Below are positions 28,111 to 38,469 of a stretch of DNA of 64,000 nucleotides, piece by piece; positions within the stretch are counted from its first letter, which is position 1, and each line of letters starts with the position of its first letter. Source of the DNA: Minisyncoccota bacterium (GTDB lineage: Bacteria; Patescibacteriota; Minisyncoccia; Phycocordibacterales; UBA6065); assembly GCA_035714745.1 (NCBI GenBank), contig DASTLR010000008.1:7394-71393 (forward strand), given 5' to 3'. A program made the position numbers and the translations under genes. A model generated the notes under the pieces. That model ran no database searches. It saw only the letters and a list, made by a program, of their open reading frames with translations, and was not told the origin of the DNA.

Positions 28111-30681
28111 CTATCGTCCCTCTATCGCGACTTTCAGCGTGACCGTCGTATCTCTTTTGTTATAGATGGAGTCCTGAGTCGAGACGCGTACGGTGTTAGT
28201 CTCGCGGATGCTGCCGATATCCTTTGGCGCGAAGCGGAAGATGAATGGTTGACGGTCAAGGGTAGCGGCGAACTGGTCGTTGATATAGAGCGAGGCTTTC
28301 TGGACCGAGTATGGCCCAGTCGAATTGACCAGGATGGAGATCGGCTCGTTCAAGCCGTATGTTCGCGCTGGGTCGATTCCTTGGATAGTGACGGTCGAGG
28401 CGCTCGACTGGGTATGGAGATTGTCGGTGGCCGTCGGAATGACCGCGCTGGTCTGGTCGGTATAGCCATTTCTGAGCGCCCAGGCGCGCACAGGCGTCTC
28501 CCAGCGGATGAATTGAGGGTCGTCCTCTGGATGGGCGGGTGGCGGGCCGAGGGGATCGTTCTTGTCGACCCAATAGAGGATGTCATGGATCGATTGCACC
28601 GCTACCTCCTTGCGCGTTTCCGGCGGCGTGAATTCCGTCGCCAGCTTGCCGGTGACGGTGTCTATGGTATAGGTCTGGCCCCCTTGCCAGATGCCTCTCA
28701 TGACAGGCTTGAGAACGGAGGGGTCGGCGGGCGTCGGCGGCACGAAGCTCTCGTCAGGCAGAGTCGCGAGCGCCTGATGCATGAACGAGCTCCACATCGG
28801 CGCCACGATCTGGCCGGCGACCTTCTTGACCATGGGGCTGTTGTCGTTATTGCCTGCCCAGACGCCCACGACGATGTTCGGGGCATAGCCGACAGTCCAT
28901 GCGTCGCGCGAATCGTTCGTCGTACCTGTCTTTGCCGCTACGTCTCGATCGGGGAAGTAGAGCACGGAATTGGGGCTGTAGGCGGGCGTGCGGGCCTGGT
29001 TGTCCGAGAGAATGCTCGATATGGTCTCGGCCACGTTCGCCGGCAGGACGCGGCTCTGCTTGTCGCGGGGCAGGGCCACCTCGGAGCCTTTGGAGTCGAA
29101 GACGTGCAGGACCGGCTTGTAAGGGACGCGCACGCCGTCGTTGGCGAAGATGCCGTAGGCGCTCGTCATCTCTAGGAGCGATATCTCGCCGCCTCCCAGC
29201 ACCAAGGTCAGGCCGTATTGGTCGGCGTTCGTCAGGCTGGTGATGCCCATGTCCTTTGCCAGGGCGAGCGACGGCTTGATGCCGGCCAGATAGAGCGTCT
29301 TGATAGCCGGGATGTTGATCGACTGGGCCAGAGCCTCGCGCATGGTGATCGGTCCGCGGAACTTGTCGTCGTAGTTCTGTGGGTTATAGCAGACCTTTGG
29401 GTCGATTGAGGGGTCGATCGGCTTGCTCTGTCCCGTCTCGTCCATCAAGCACTGCGTGCTGAATTCCGTCTCTAGGTCAAAGAGCACGGTGTCGGGGGTA
29501 AAGCCCTTGATGAAGGCCTCGGAATAGATGATCGGCTTCATGGTCGAGCCGGGCTGGCGGTTCTTGGAGACGGCGACGTTGAATTCTCCGTCGATGGCCT
29601 TGTCGAAATAGTCGCGCGAGCCGACCATGGCCAGGATGCCGCCGGTCTTTGGGTCCAAGGCGACCAGGGCGGCGTTCGAAGCGGTGAAGTTCTTCTCGTT
29701 CGACAGCGCGGTGGTCTTTACCAGGTCCTCGGCCTTGGTCTGGAGGTCGGCGTCCAGGGTAGTGATGACCTTGTAGCCGCCGTCATCCAAGGAGCCTGCG
29801 CCCAAGATCTTCTCCAGATAGTCTTTGACGAAGAACACGAAGTGCGGCGCCTTGATGCCGAGGTTGTTCTTGGGCTGGAATTTGACCTGCTCGGCCTTTG
29901 CTTCGGCATATTGCGCGTCGGTGATGAAGTGGAGGTCGAGCATCTTGCGCAGGACGGTGTTCTTGCGCGCCTCCAGCTGGGCCACGTTCTTGCCGTAGGG
30001 GGAATAATAGGTCGTCGCCTGGGGGATGGCGGCCAGGTAGGCGGCCTCTGCCAAAGTCACGTCCCTGGCGTCCTTGCCGAAGAATTGCCGAGAAGCCTCC
30101 TCGACGCCATAGACGCTGCCGCCGTAGGGATTCTCGTTCAGATAGCTCGTCAGGATGGCGTCCTTGCTGAGGGTCTTGTCCAGTTTGATCGCCAGGACCC
30201 ATTCCTTGAGCTTGCGCGAGATGGTCTTGTCGCCGGTCAGCAAGGTATTCTTGACCACCTGTTGGGTGATGGTCGAGCCGCCCTGGCTGTAGCCGCCGGA
30301 AACGATGTTGGCGAGGATGGCGCGGATGATCGAGGTGATCTTGATGCCGTGGTGCTGATAGAAAGTCTCGTCCTCGATCGCCACCGTGGCGTTCTTTATG
30401 TAGGGCGAGATGTCGGCGGAAGGCAGGAGGGTGCGCTTGATGCCGTCGTGCAGGTCGTAGAGCAGGACCGTGCCGGTCTTGTCGTAGATCTTGGTCGATT
30501 CGGTGACCTTGCGGTTCTCGAAGGAGGACAGGTCAGGCAGGCGGAACGAGGAGATCCATAAGATCAAGACGCTGAGGAACACGAAGATCACAGAGAACGT
30601 CAGAATGAGGATGTCGCGTTTGGTGTGGGCTTTGACGTGCTGCCTGAGCCAGCGCAGGCGCCTGAAGGTCGTTTTTTTCAT
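28111..30681 (-). CDS. Class A penicillin-binding protein
   Basis: AIEDETFYQH, GGSTITQQVVKN, RKLKEW; QPGSTMKP, SIN, KTGT. Confidence 0.95.
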   Translation of the reverse strand: MKKTTFRRLRWLRQHVKAHTKRDILILTFSVIFVFLSVLILWISSFRLPDLSSFENRKVTESTKIYDKTGTVLLYDLHDGIKRTLLPSADISPYIKNATVAIEDETFYQHHGIKITSIIRAILANIVSGGYSQGGSTITQQVVKNTLLTGDKTISRKLKEWVLAIKLDKTLSKDAILTSYLNENPYGGSVYGVEEASRQFFGKDARDVTLAEAAYLAAIPQATTYYSPYGKNVAQLEARKNTVLRKMLDLHFITDAQYAEAKAEQVKFQPKNNLGIKAPHFVFFVKDYLEKILGAGSLDDGGYKVITTLDADLQTKAEDLVKTTALSNEKNFTASNAALVALDPKTGGILAMVGSRDYFDKAIDGEFNVAVSKNRQPGSTMKPIIYSEAFIKGFTPDTVLFDLETEFSTQCLMDETGQSKPIDPSIDPKVCYNPQNYDDKFRGPITMREALAQSINIPAIKTLYLAGIKPSLALAKDMGITSLTNADQYGLTLVLGGGEISLLEMTSAYGIFANDGVRVPYKPVLHVFDSKGSEVALPRDKQSRVLPANVAETISSILSDNQARTPAYSPNSVLYFPDRDVAAKTGTTNDSRDAWTVGYAPNIVVGVWAGNNDNSPMVKKVAGQIVAPMWSSFMHQALATLPDESFVPPTPADPSVLKPVMRGIWQGGQTYTIDTVTGKLATEFTPPETRKEVAVQSIHDILYWVDKNDPLGPPPAHPEDDPQFIRWETPVRAWALRNGYTDQTSAVIPTATDNLHTQSSASTVTIQGIDPARTYGLNEPISILVNSTGPYSVQKASLYINDQFAATLDRQPFIFRFAPKDIGSIRETNTVRVSTQDSIYNKRDTTVTLKVAIEGR

Positions 30682-30719
30682 GTGTATTAGTATGATACAG
30701 TATTTCTATATATACCAAT

Positions 30720-31931
30720 ATGGATAGTACGAAGGAGATCCAGTCTTTTGTGACGCGCGGAATCGAGAACGTCTTTCCTTCCCGCGAAGCGCTCGCGGCC
30801 GCGCTTTCGCGCGCGCATGCGGAAGGCAAAAGGCTGACGATCTATCTGGGCATCGATCCGACCGGCCCCACCCTCCATATCGGCCATGCTATCCCCCTCA
30901 TGAAGCTGGGCGCCCTACAGAAGATGGGCCACCGCATCATCCTCCTTATGGGCGATTTCACGGCCATGATAGGCGACCCGACCGACAAGATGGCTGCCCG
31001 CAAGCAGCTCACACGCAAGGAGGTGCTGAACAACCTGAAGCTCTACAAGAAGCAGGCCTCGGTCTTCCTCTCTTTTAGCGGCAGGAACAAGGCCGAGATC
31101 AAGTACAACAGCAAATGGTTGGGCAAGATGTCGTTCGAGGACGTGGTCAGGCTGGCTTCGAACATGACCGTCGACCAGATGCTCAAGCGCGACATGTTCA
31201 GAGCGCGCATGGACGCGGGCAAGCCGGTCTATCTCCACGAGTTCCTGTACCCCTTGATGCAGGGTTACGATTCCGTGGCTATGGACGTCGACGCCGAGAT
31301 AGGCGGCAATGACCAGACCTTCAACATGCTGGCCGGGCGCGACCTGATGCGCTCGCTGCGGGACAAAGAGAAGTTCGTCATCGCTACCAAGCTCCTGGTC
31401 GACCCGACCGGCAAGAAGATGGGCAAGACCGAGGGCAATATGATCACCCTGGCAGACGAGCCCGCCGATATGTTCGGCAAGGTCATGAGCTGGAGCGATC
31501 CGCTCATCATCCCAGGCTTTGAGCTCTGCACGCGCGCTTCGGACGCCGAGATCGCTGCCGAGAGAGCTCTCTTGGACGGCGGAGCCAATCCTCGCGACTC
31601 AAAGGCGAAGCTCGCTCACGCCATCGTCGAACTCTACCGGGGCAGGGAGGCCGCCGACAAGGCCCACGAATCGTTCTTCTCCGCCTTCTCCAAGGGCGGT
31701 ATGCCGGATGACGTTCCGATGGCGGCTGTCGCCAAGGGTGCGTCGCTCGCCGATACGCTGGTCGCGCACCAGATAGTCTCCTCAAAGACCGAATTCAGGC
31801 GCCTCCTGACCGAAGGGGCCATCAAAGACCTGGCGAGCGGCCGTCAGCTCGGCCCGGAGGACCAGCTCGTCTCGTCGGACCTCGACCTCAAGATAGGCAA
31901 GCACCGCTTCCTCAAGATCAGGGCAAAATAG
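30720..31931 (+). CDS. tyrS: Tyrosyl-tRNA synthetase
   Basis: GIDPTGPTLHIGH, YPLMQGYD, GGNDQTFN, KMGKT, C-terminal S4 domain. Confidence 0.97.
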   Translation: MDSTKEIQSFVTRGIENVFPSREALAAALSRAHAEGKRLTIYLGIDPTGPTLHIGHAIPLMKLGALQKMGHRIILLMGDFTAMIGDPTDKMAARKQLTRKEVLNNLKLYKKQASVFLSFSGRNKAEIKYNSKWLGKMSFEDVVRLASNMTVDQMLKRDMFRARMDAGKPVYLHEFLYPLMQGYDSVAMDVDAEIGGNDQTFNMLAGRDLMRSLRDKEKFVIATKLLVDPTGKKMGKTEGNMITLADEPADMFGKVMSWSDPLIIPGFELCTRASDAEIAAERALLDGGANPRDSKAKLAHAIVELYRGREAADKAHESFFSAFSKGGMPDDVPMAAVAKGASLADTLVAHQIVSSKTEFRRLLTEGAIKDLASGRQLGPEDQLVSSDLDLKIGKHRFLKIRAK

Positions 31932-31961
31932 AGAAAAGCCCCGGATTTCCGGGGCTTTTCT
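31932..31961. terminator. Bidirectional intrinsic terminator
   Basis: AGAAAAGCCCCGGA-tt-TCCGGGGCTTTTCT between convergent genes. Confidence 0.85.
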
Positions 31962-31969
31962 ATGGAGGG

Positions 31970-32215
31970 CTACCAGCTGTCCTCCTCCGTAATGAAGTCT
32001 TTGATAGGGTCATCCTCCTCGCCGGACTCTTCCTCGTCGAGGAGGTCGTCGCCCAGCTCCGCTACCTCTTCCTCGTCGTCATCGGAGGCGATCTTCTTTG
32101 GGCTTGGGTCGTCCTCCGCCTCGTCCTCGTCGTCCTTGAGCCTGACCGGCTTCTCGTCGAGCTCGCTGATGTCTCGCTGTGGCGCTTCTGCTGGTTGTGT
32201 TCTCTTTCGCGGCAT
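31970..32215 (-). CDS. Small highly acidic hypothetical protein
   Basis: 81 aa, D/E-rich, ends just before the terminator. Confidence 0.6.
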   Translation of the reverse strand: MPRKRTQPAEAPQRDISELDEKPVRLKDDEDEAEDDPSPKKIASDDDEEEVAELGDDLLDEEESGEEDDPIKDFITEEDSW

Positions 32216-32291
32216 GTGTTTTTTCTTGAATATCGCTATTTGTAGCAGATCCCTTTTTGTTTGGGAAGCTTGCCTTCTGTGGAAAAGTATT

Positions 32292-32780
32292 TTATGAGAG
32301 CCTTTCGCAGGCGAAGCAGGTCAGGCCGACGGCGATAGCGTCGTATTCGTCGTCGTAGCGGATGGCGTCGGCGCCCTTTTTGACGTCGATGAGGCGGGGG
32401 ATCATGGCGATGACCTGTTTCTTGTCGCTCTTGCCGTGGCCGGTGACCGCTACCTTTATCTGGCCGGGGCCGTACTCGTAGACTTTCAAGCCGTGACGCG
32501 CCGCCGCGGCCAGTATGACGCCGCGGACCTCCGCCACTTTGGTGGCGGTCTTCTGGTTGACGCTGAAGAAGAGCGTCTCGAGGCAGAGCGCCTGCGGCGC
32601 GTAGAGGGCGATGACGCGGTCGAGCTCGGTCGCCACCAGGCCCAGGCGCTGGTCGTGGGGGAGGGCCTTGTCGGTCTGGAAGCACTCAGAATAGACGAGC
32701 GATTCGCGCTCGCGGGGATTCTTTTCGAGGATAGCGACCCCGAGGCGCTCGTACCCTGGGTCGATGGCGATGATGCGCAT
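32292..32780 (-). CDS. ruvC: Holliday junction resolvase RuvC
   Basis: IAIDPGYERLG, AEVRGV, VTGHGKSDK, DDEYDAIAVG. Confidence 0.95.
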   Translation of the reverse strand: MRIIAIDPGYERLGVAILEKNPRERESLVYSECFQTDKALPHDQRLGLVATELDRVIALYAPQALCLETLFFSVNQKTATKVAEVRGVILAAAARHGLKVYEYGPGQIKVAVTGHGKSDKKQVIAMIPRLIDVKKGADAIRYDDEYDAIAVGLTCFACERLS

Positions 32781-32789
32781 GCGCCTATT

Positions 32790-33317
32790 CTACTCTACAT
32801 TCGTGAACACCTCCTGCACCTCTTCGTTCGCCTCCAGCGCCTCGACGAGCTTCTGTAGCAGCTCGAGGTCTGCGTCCGAGAGGTCGACGCTCATGGTGGC
32901 CTTCCATGCGGCGCCTTCGCGGGCAAATGCCCATGAGGCGCTGCCTGGGGCCGCCAGGGCGTAGCCGTTGTCGGCCAGGATGTGCTTGACCTCTTGGGCG
33001 GCTTTGTTCTTGTTCGTCGTCAGGGCCTCTATCATCAGGGCGCAGCCGCCCGGGCCGTACGCCTCATAGATGATGGATTCCAGGGCCTGGCCAGGCTCGG
33101 AGGCTTTCTTGACCGCGCGCTCGATGACCTCGTTCGTCACGTCCTCGGATTTGGCGCGGTCGATGAGGGCGCGCAGCGAGGGCGAGTTCCTGTCGCCTTT
33201 GACTTTCTGCGCCTCGGCGGAGATGAGCTTGGAATATTTAGAGTAGAGCTTAGACTTCGCTCCGTCGGTCTTGGCTTTCTTGTCCTTGATCTGCTTCCAT
33301 TTATTGTGTCCGGCCAT
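32790..33317 (-). CDS. yebC: YebC/PmpR-family protein (short form)
   Basis: MAGHNKWKQIK, YEAYGPGG, C-terminal EVQEVFTN. Confidence 0.92.
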   Translation of the reverse strand: MAGHNKWKQIKDKKAKTDGAKSKLYSKYSKLISAEAQKVKGDRNSPSLRALIDRAKSEDVTNEVIERAVKKASEPGQALESIIYEAYGPGGCALMIEALTTNKNKAAQEVKHILADNGYALAAPGSASWAFAREGAAWKATMSVDLSDADLELLQKLVEALEANEEVQEVFTNVE

Positions 33318-33322
33318 ATTTT

Positions 33323-33414
33323 TAACTTATGACTAACAACCTACAACGTACAACGGAAACCTGGCTATAACAACTTCTTGTTGTGGGTTGTCTGGTGTCT
33401 GTTGTCGGTTATCT
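33323..33414. repeat. Two opposed heptamer tandem arrays around the ruvB stop
   Basis: taactta tgactaa caaccta caacgta caacgga (33323-33357) and gttgtgg gttgtct ggtgtct gttgtcg gttatct (33380-33414). Confidence 0.65.
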
Positions 33415-34387
33415 TCATATGCCCATACGCCTTCTCGGTGACCTTGCGGCCGCGCGGGGTGCGCTCGATGAGGCCCAGCTGGAGGAGATATGGCTCGTGC
33501 ACCTCTTCGATGGTTGCTTCCTCCTCGGCTAGGGAGGCGGCCAGAGTGTTCAGGCCCACCGGCCCGCCGCCGAATTTGTCGATGAGGGTGCGCAGGAGCT
33601 CGCGGTCGGCCTGGGTCAGGCCCAGCTCGTCGATGCCGAGCATGGAGAGGGCGCGGTCGACGATCTCGACCGAGACGGTCGCCTTTTCCACCTGGGCCAG
33701 GTCGCGCACGCGCTTGAGGAGGAAGTTTGCCGTCCTCGGCGTGAAGCGGCTGCGCTGGGCGATCTTCTCCGACGATTTTTCGTCGATGTCGATCTTCAGG
33801 AGCTTGGCCGAGCGGTGGATGATGGTCTGGATCTCCTTGTCCGTATAGAATTCCAGCCTAAAGGTGCCGCCCGAGAAGCGCGAGCGCAGCGGAGCCGAGA
33901 GCATGGCCACGCGCGTGGTGGCGGCGATGAGGGTGAAGGGAGGGAGCTCCAGCTGGATGGTGCGGGCGCTCGGGCCCTTGCCGATGATGATGTCGAGCGA
34001 GCCCGACTCCATGGCGGGGTAGAGGACTTCCTCGATGTTCTTGTTCAGGCGGTGGATCTCGTCGATGAAGAGGATGTCGCCCGCAGCCAGGTTCGTCAGG
34101 ATGGAAGCCAGGTCGCCGACCTTCTCGATGGCCGGACCCGAGGTGGCCTTTAGCTGGGAGGCTGTCTCTTTGGCGATCAGATGGGCCAGGGTGGTCTTGC
34201 CCAGGCCGGGAGGGCCATAGAAAAGGACGTGCTCGGGCGGGTGCTTGCGCTCGGCGGCGGCCTTCAAAAGGACCTTGAGGTTCTCCTTGATGGTCTTTTG
34301 ACCGATATATTCGTCCCAGGACGACGGGCGCAGGGTCGTATCCAGGAAGAGCTCGTCGGCGCTGATGTTCTTGGGAGTACTTGACAT
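33365..34387 (-). CDS. ruvB: Holliday junction helicase RuvB
   Basis: LRPSSWDEYIGQ, GPPGLGKTTLA, FIDEIHRL, EPYLLQ..RTPRGR. Confidence 0.97.
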   Translation of the reverse strand: MSSTPKNISADELFLDTTLRPSSWDEYIGQKTIKENLKVLLKAAAERKHPPEHVLFYGPPGLGKTTLAHLIAKETASQLKATSGPAIEKVGDLASILTNLAAGDILFIDEIHRLNKNIEEVLYPAMESGSLDIIIGKGPSARTIQLELPPFTLIAATTRVAMLSAPLRSRFSGGTFRLEFYTDKEIQTIIHRSAKLLKIDIDEKSSEKIAQRSRFTPRTANFLLKRVRDLAQVEKATVSVEIVDRALSMLGIDELGLTQADRELLRTLIDKFGGGPVGLNTLAASLAEEEATIEEVHEPYLLQLGLIERTPRGRKVTEKAYGHMKITDNRHQTTHNKKLL

Positions 34388-34409
34388 ATAGGATGCTTTG
34401 TGCTAAGAT
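34381..34409 (+). promoter_or_regulatory. Sigma70-like promoter divergent from ruvB
   Basis: TTGACA-17 nt-TAAGAT with extended TG; the -35 overlaps the ruvB start codon. Confidence 0.5.
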
Positions 34410-34415
34410 ACCACC

Positions 34416-34690
34416 GTAGTCGATTCTCGGCCTTTTCCGATCATTCCAGGGTATAAATCTCTAAGCAATTAAACCTTCGGTTTACTGGGCGAAACTCATA
34501 GGACGCTCTGGTTAGACTCCGGTCTTCCTACTGGGGCTATCCTACGACCTCGCCCTAGCTTTCGATGCACTTCGCAAGTATTGCTTAGAGATTTATGCTC
34601 TGGAACTTTCTTTTTCCATACTACTCCTCCCATCTGCGGACGCAATACTCGTTTTCCAAGGGAACACGGGGCCGAAGGGCAGGCAACTAG
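34416..34690 (+). ncRNA. Unidentified structured element / RNA candidate
   Basis: 26-bp stem 34444-34469/34580-34605 (two G-U on +), internal cUUCGg hairpin and nested stems. Confidence 0.45.
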
Positions 34691-34705
34691 CTCTCATTCC
34701 TCTCG

Positions 34706-35050
34706 TTACGCCGCCTTTTTGAATGACGACCTCTTTTCTTCGTTCAAGGCCTCTTCAAGGACGTGGTGAAGGCGCTGAAGCTCCATCTCGTGAGCCTTGT
34801 GCTCGTTCTGGAACTTCGCCAGCTCGCGCTGGGCGATGAGGAGCGCCGCTTTGTCGCGCTGCAGGTTCCTTTCGTGCTCGCGCTTCTTCTCCTCGGCTTC
34901 CTTGAGGCCGGCTTCAGAGGCGCGGATGGCTTCGTTGAGCTTTTGTACGGCGACTTCTTTCTCTTGGAATTCGTGCGCGCTCCTATCCATGGCCGCCTCG
35001 AGCGCGTGGACCTGCGCGGTGATGTTCTGTGATTGTATACCCATAGGCAT
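34706..35050 (-). CDS. Coiled-coil hypothetical protein
   Basis: Heptad-rich helical ORF downstream of pilB. Confidence 0.7.
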   Translation of the reverse strand: MPMGIQSQNITAQVHALEAAMDRSAHEFQEKEVAVQKLNEAIRASEAGLKEAEEKKREHERNLQRDKAALLIAQRELAKFQNEHKAHEMELQRLHHVLEEALNEEKRSSFKKAA

Positions 35051-35060
35051 TCTTTGATTA

Positions 35061-36737
<1,677 letters not shown>

Positions 36738-36758
36738 GGAGATATTTTAGCACGACCC

Positions 36759-36864
36759 TGCTCGGCTTTGTGATTTTGGAGGGTATGGATATTCGCCTGC
36801 TGGCGAATTCCTCGTGCTCGCCCCGTCGGGCTCGCAAGCCCCTCCAAGATCACAAAGCCGAGCA
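36759..36864 (-). repeat. Palindromic structured element (25-bp stem enclosing conserved junction)
   Basis: Arms 36759-36783/36840-36864; interior aligns with covariation to the element inside polA. Confidence 0.8.
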
Positions 36865-36905
36865 AGGAAGCGGTGGAACGCCTTCGTGGACCTGCCGGAG
36901 CAGTA

Positions 36906-36934
36906 TTGACAGCATGGTATTAAAGGTGTATAAT
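36906..36934 (+). promoter_or_regulatory. Consensus sigma70 promoter
   Basis: TTGACA-17 nt-TATAAT. Confidence 0.85.
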
Positions 36935-36994
36935 AGAAGAAGTGAGCGTGGTATGGCGCCGCGCTTCGGAAATCCTGGTCGGTCTCCTTTTTCC

Positions 36995-37393
36995 ATGAAA
37001 ACCTCGAAATTCGTTCTTTTTAGCGTGATGGCGGCGGTCGCATTCCTTTCTTTTGGCTGCGCGCATCGGGCCGATCCGAACTGGCGGCCGTCGGCCCGGG
37101 TCGACTTCGTCAATTCGACGCCGGGCGCCCACGTCCGCGTGCGGGACAACTACGACAACACGTGGAGTCCCTTCGTTCCGTATGGCCAGAGCGTCTGGGT
37201 GCCGCTCCATATGAGCTACTACTCCGTCATCGCCTCGGCGACGGTGGAAGTGGTGGCGAACGGACGGAGCAGCATGCTGCCCTATCAGAACAGCTGGAGC
37301 ACCGGGCAGGGCGGGATCTTTTACGCCAACGTCCTGGTCCAGGGCGGCGGCCGGGGTCCAAGCGTCTCGCTCGTAGCCTCGACGGCGTATTGA
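36995..37393 (+). CDS. Putative lipoprotein
   Basis: MKTSKF...LSFGC lipobox-like; downstream of the consensus promoter; followed by a terminator. Confidence 0.75.
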   Translation: MKTSKFVLFSVMAAVAFLSFGCAHRADPNWRPSARVDFVNSTPGAHVRVRDNYDNTWSPFVPYGQSVWVPLHMSYYSVIASATVEVVANGRSSMLPYQNSWSTGQGGIFYANVLVQGGGRGPSVSLVASTAY

Positions 37394-37477
37394 GCGGCGG
37401 TTTCGGCCCAAGCGCCTGCTTTTCGAAGGCTCGCCTCGCGCGGGCCTTTTTCATTTCTCTGTGTATATAATGCAGGC

Positions 37478-37915
37478 ATGATATCGAGAAGCCTGGAAGA
37501 GACGGCAAAGATCGCTGCCGATCTGGCAAAGAGCCTGGAGCCGGCGGCAGGCGGGGGAGCGACGGTCGTCGCCCTCTCGGGCGACCTGGGCGCGGGCAAG
37601 ACTACGTTCGCAAAGGCGTTCGCGGCGGCTCTCGGCCTGCGTCCAGAGGACGTCACCAGCCCGACCTTCGTCATCGAGAAGCGCTTCGATATCGGCGACC
37701 ATGCGCATTTCCGCCGCTTCATCCATATAGACGCCTATCGGCTGGAGAAAGCCGGCGAGGTCATGCGCCTGGGCTGGGCCGAGACCGTGGCCGATCCGGC
37801 GAACCTCGTCCTCATCGAATGGCCCGAGAACATCGGCGACGCCCTGCCGGCGGACGCGGTGCGGGTCAACTTTGCATATGTGAGCGAAGAGGCAAGGGAG
37901 ATAGTCGTTCAATAA
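37478..37915 (+). CDS. tsaE: t6A biosynthesis ATPase TsaE
   Basis: GDLGAGKTT, VTSPTF, HIDAYRL, LIEWPE. Confidence 0.95.
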   Translation: MISRSLEETAKIAADLAKSLEPAAGGGATVVALSGDLGAGKTTFAKAFAAALGLRPEDVTSPTFVIEKRFDIGDHAHFRRFIHIDAYRLEKAGEVMRLGWAETVADPANLVLIEWPENIGDALPADAVRVNFAYVSEEAREIVVQ

Positions 37916-37946
37916 AAAAGCCGCTCATAGAGCGGACCGGAGGGTT

Positions 37947-38414
37947 TTACGAAACGAACGGAGGCAAAGAGTTCCAAAGAGCAGACCAGCTGTCGCTAGC
38001 GAGAGCTGTGAAGTGCTCCCTGAATTCCAGAGAAAGCGGGCTTGAATCGCCGAGGGGGTCGCCTTTCGCAAGATCGTTGATCCGTAGAACGCACATATGG
38101 CAGAGCGGCAGGTCTTCGAGGCGACCGGAAGCATACAGCATGCAGGCGGCGCGGTAGAGGTCATTGGCGCCGACGATCCAGCCGACCCAGAATTTTTCCT
38201 TTACTAGGTCGGCCCGCCCATAGCGCGCGGCTTTTTCATCTTCGTGGATGTTGTGTCGAATTTCCCAACGCTCGACGGTTTGGGGGCCTTTGCCGGGCTG
38301 TAAGTCGCTTTCACGGCTTAAGCTTGTCAGGTGCCGCTCGAAAAGGACGGCTAGGATTTCGTCAGGTTTGAATGAGGCCATAAGGGGAGGTTCTGGTCCG
38401 TATTCTCCATACAT
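37947..38414 (-). CDS. Hypothetical protein (start uncertain)
   Basis: Only ORF filling the tsaE-polA gap; no recognisable motif. Confidence 0.55.
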   Translation of the reverse strand: MYGEYGPEPPLMASFKPDEILAVLFERHLTSLSRESDLQPGKGPQTVERWEIRHNIHEDEKAARYGRADLVKEKFWVGWIVGANDLYRAACMLYASGRLEDLPLCHMCVLRINDLAKGDPLGDSSPLSLEFREHFTALASDSWSALWNSLPPFVS

Positions 38415-38469
38415 TGAAGACGGGGTCAAGGACCATAGCGTTGCTTCAAAAATGAGCTATGCTGTAGCC

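Noticed and set aside
34444-34605. Retron msr-msd
   Set aside because: Long closing inverted repeat fits, but no reverse transcriptase is encoded in the window.
36770-36994. N-terminal extension of the 207-aa ORF
   Set aside because: It runs through the palindromic element and a consensus promoter; the signal peptide begins at 36995.
38248-38469. N-terminal extension of PolA from the ORF track
   Set aside because: Homology starts at MSKRLILLD (38470), which has a -10 hexamer 6 nt upstream; the extension overlaps an opposite-strand ORF.
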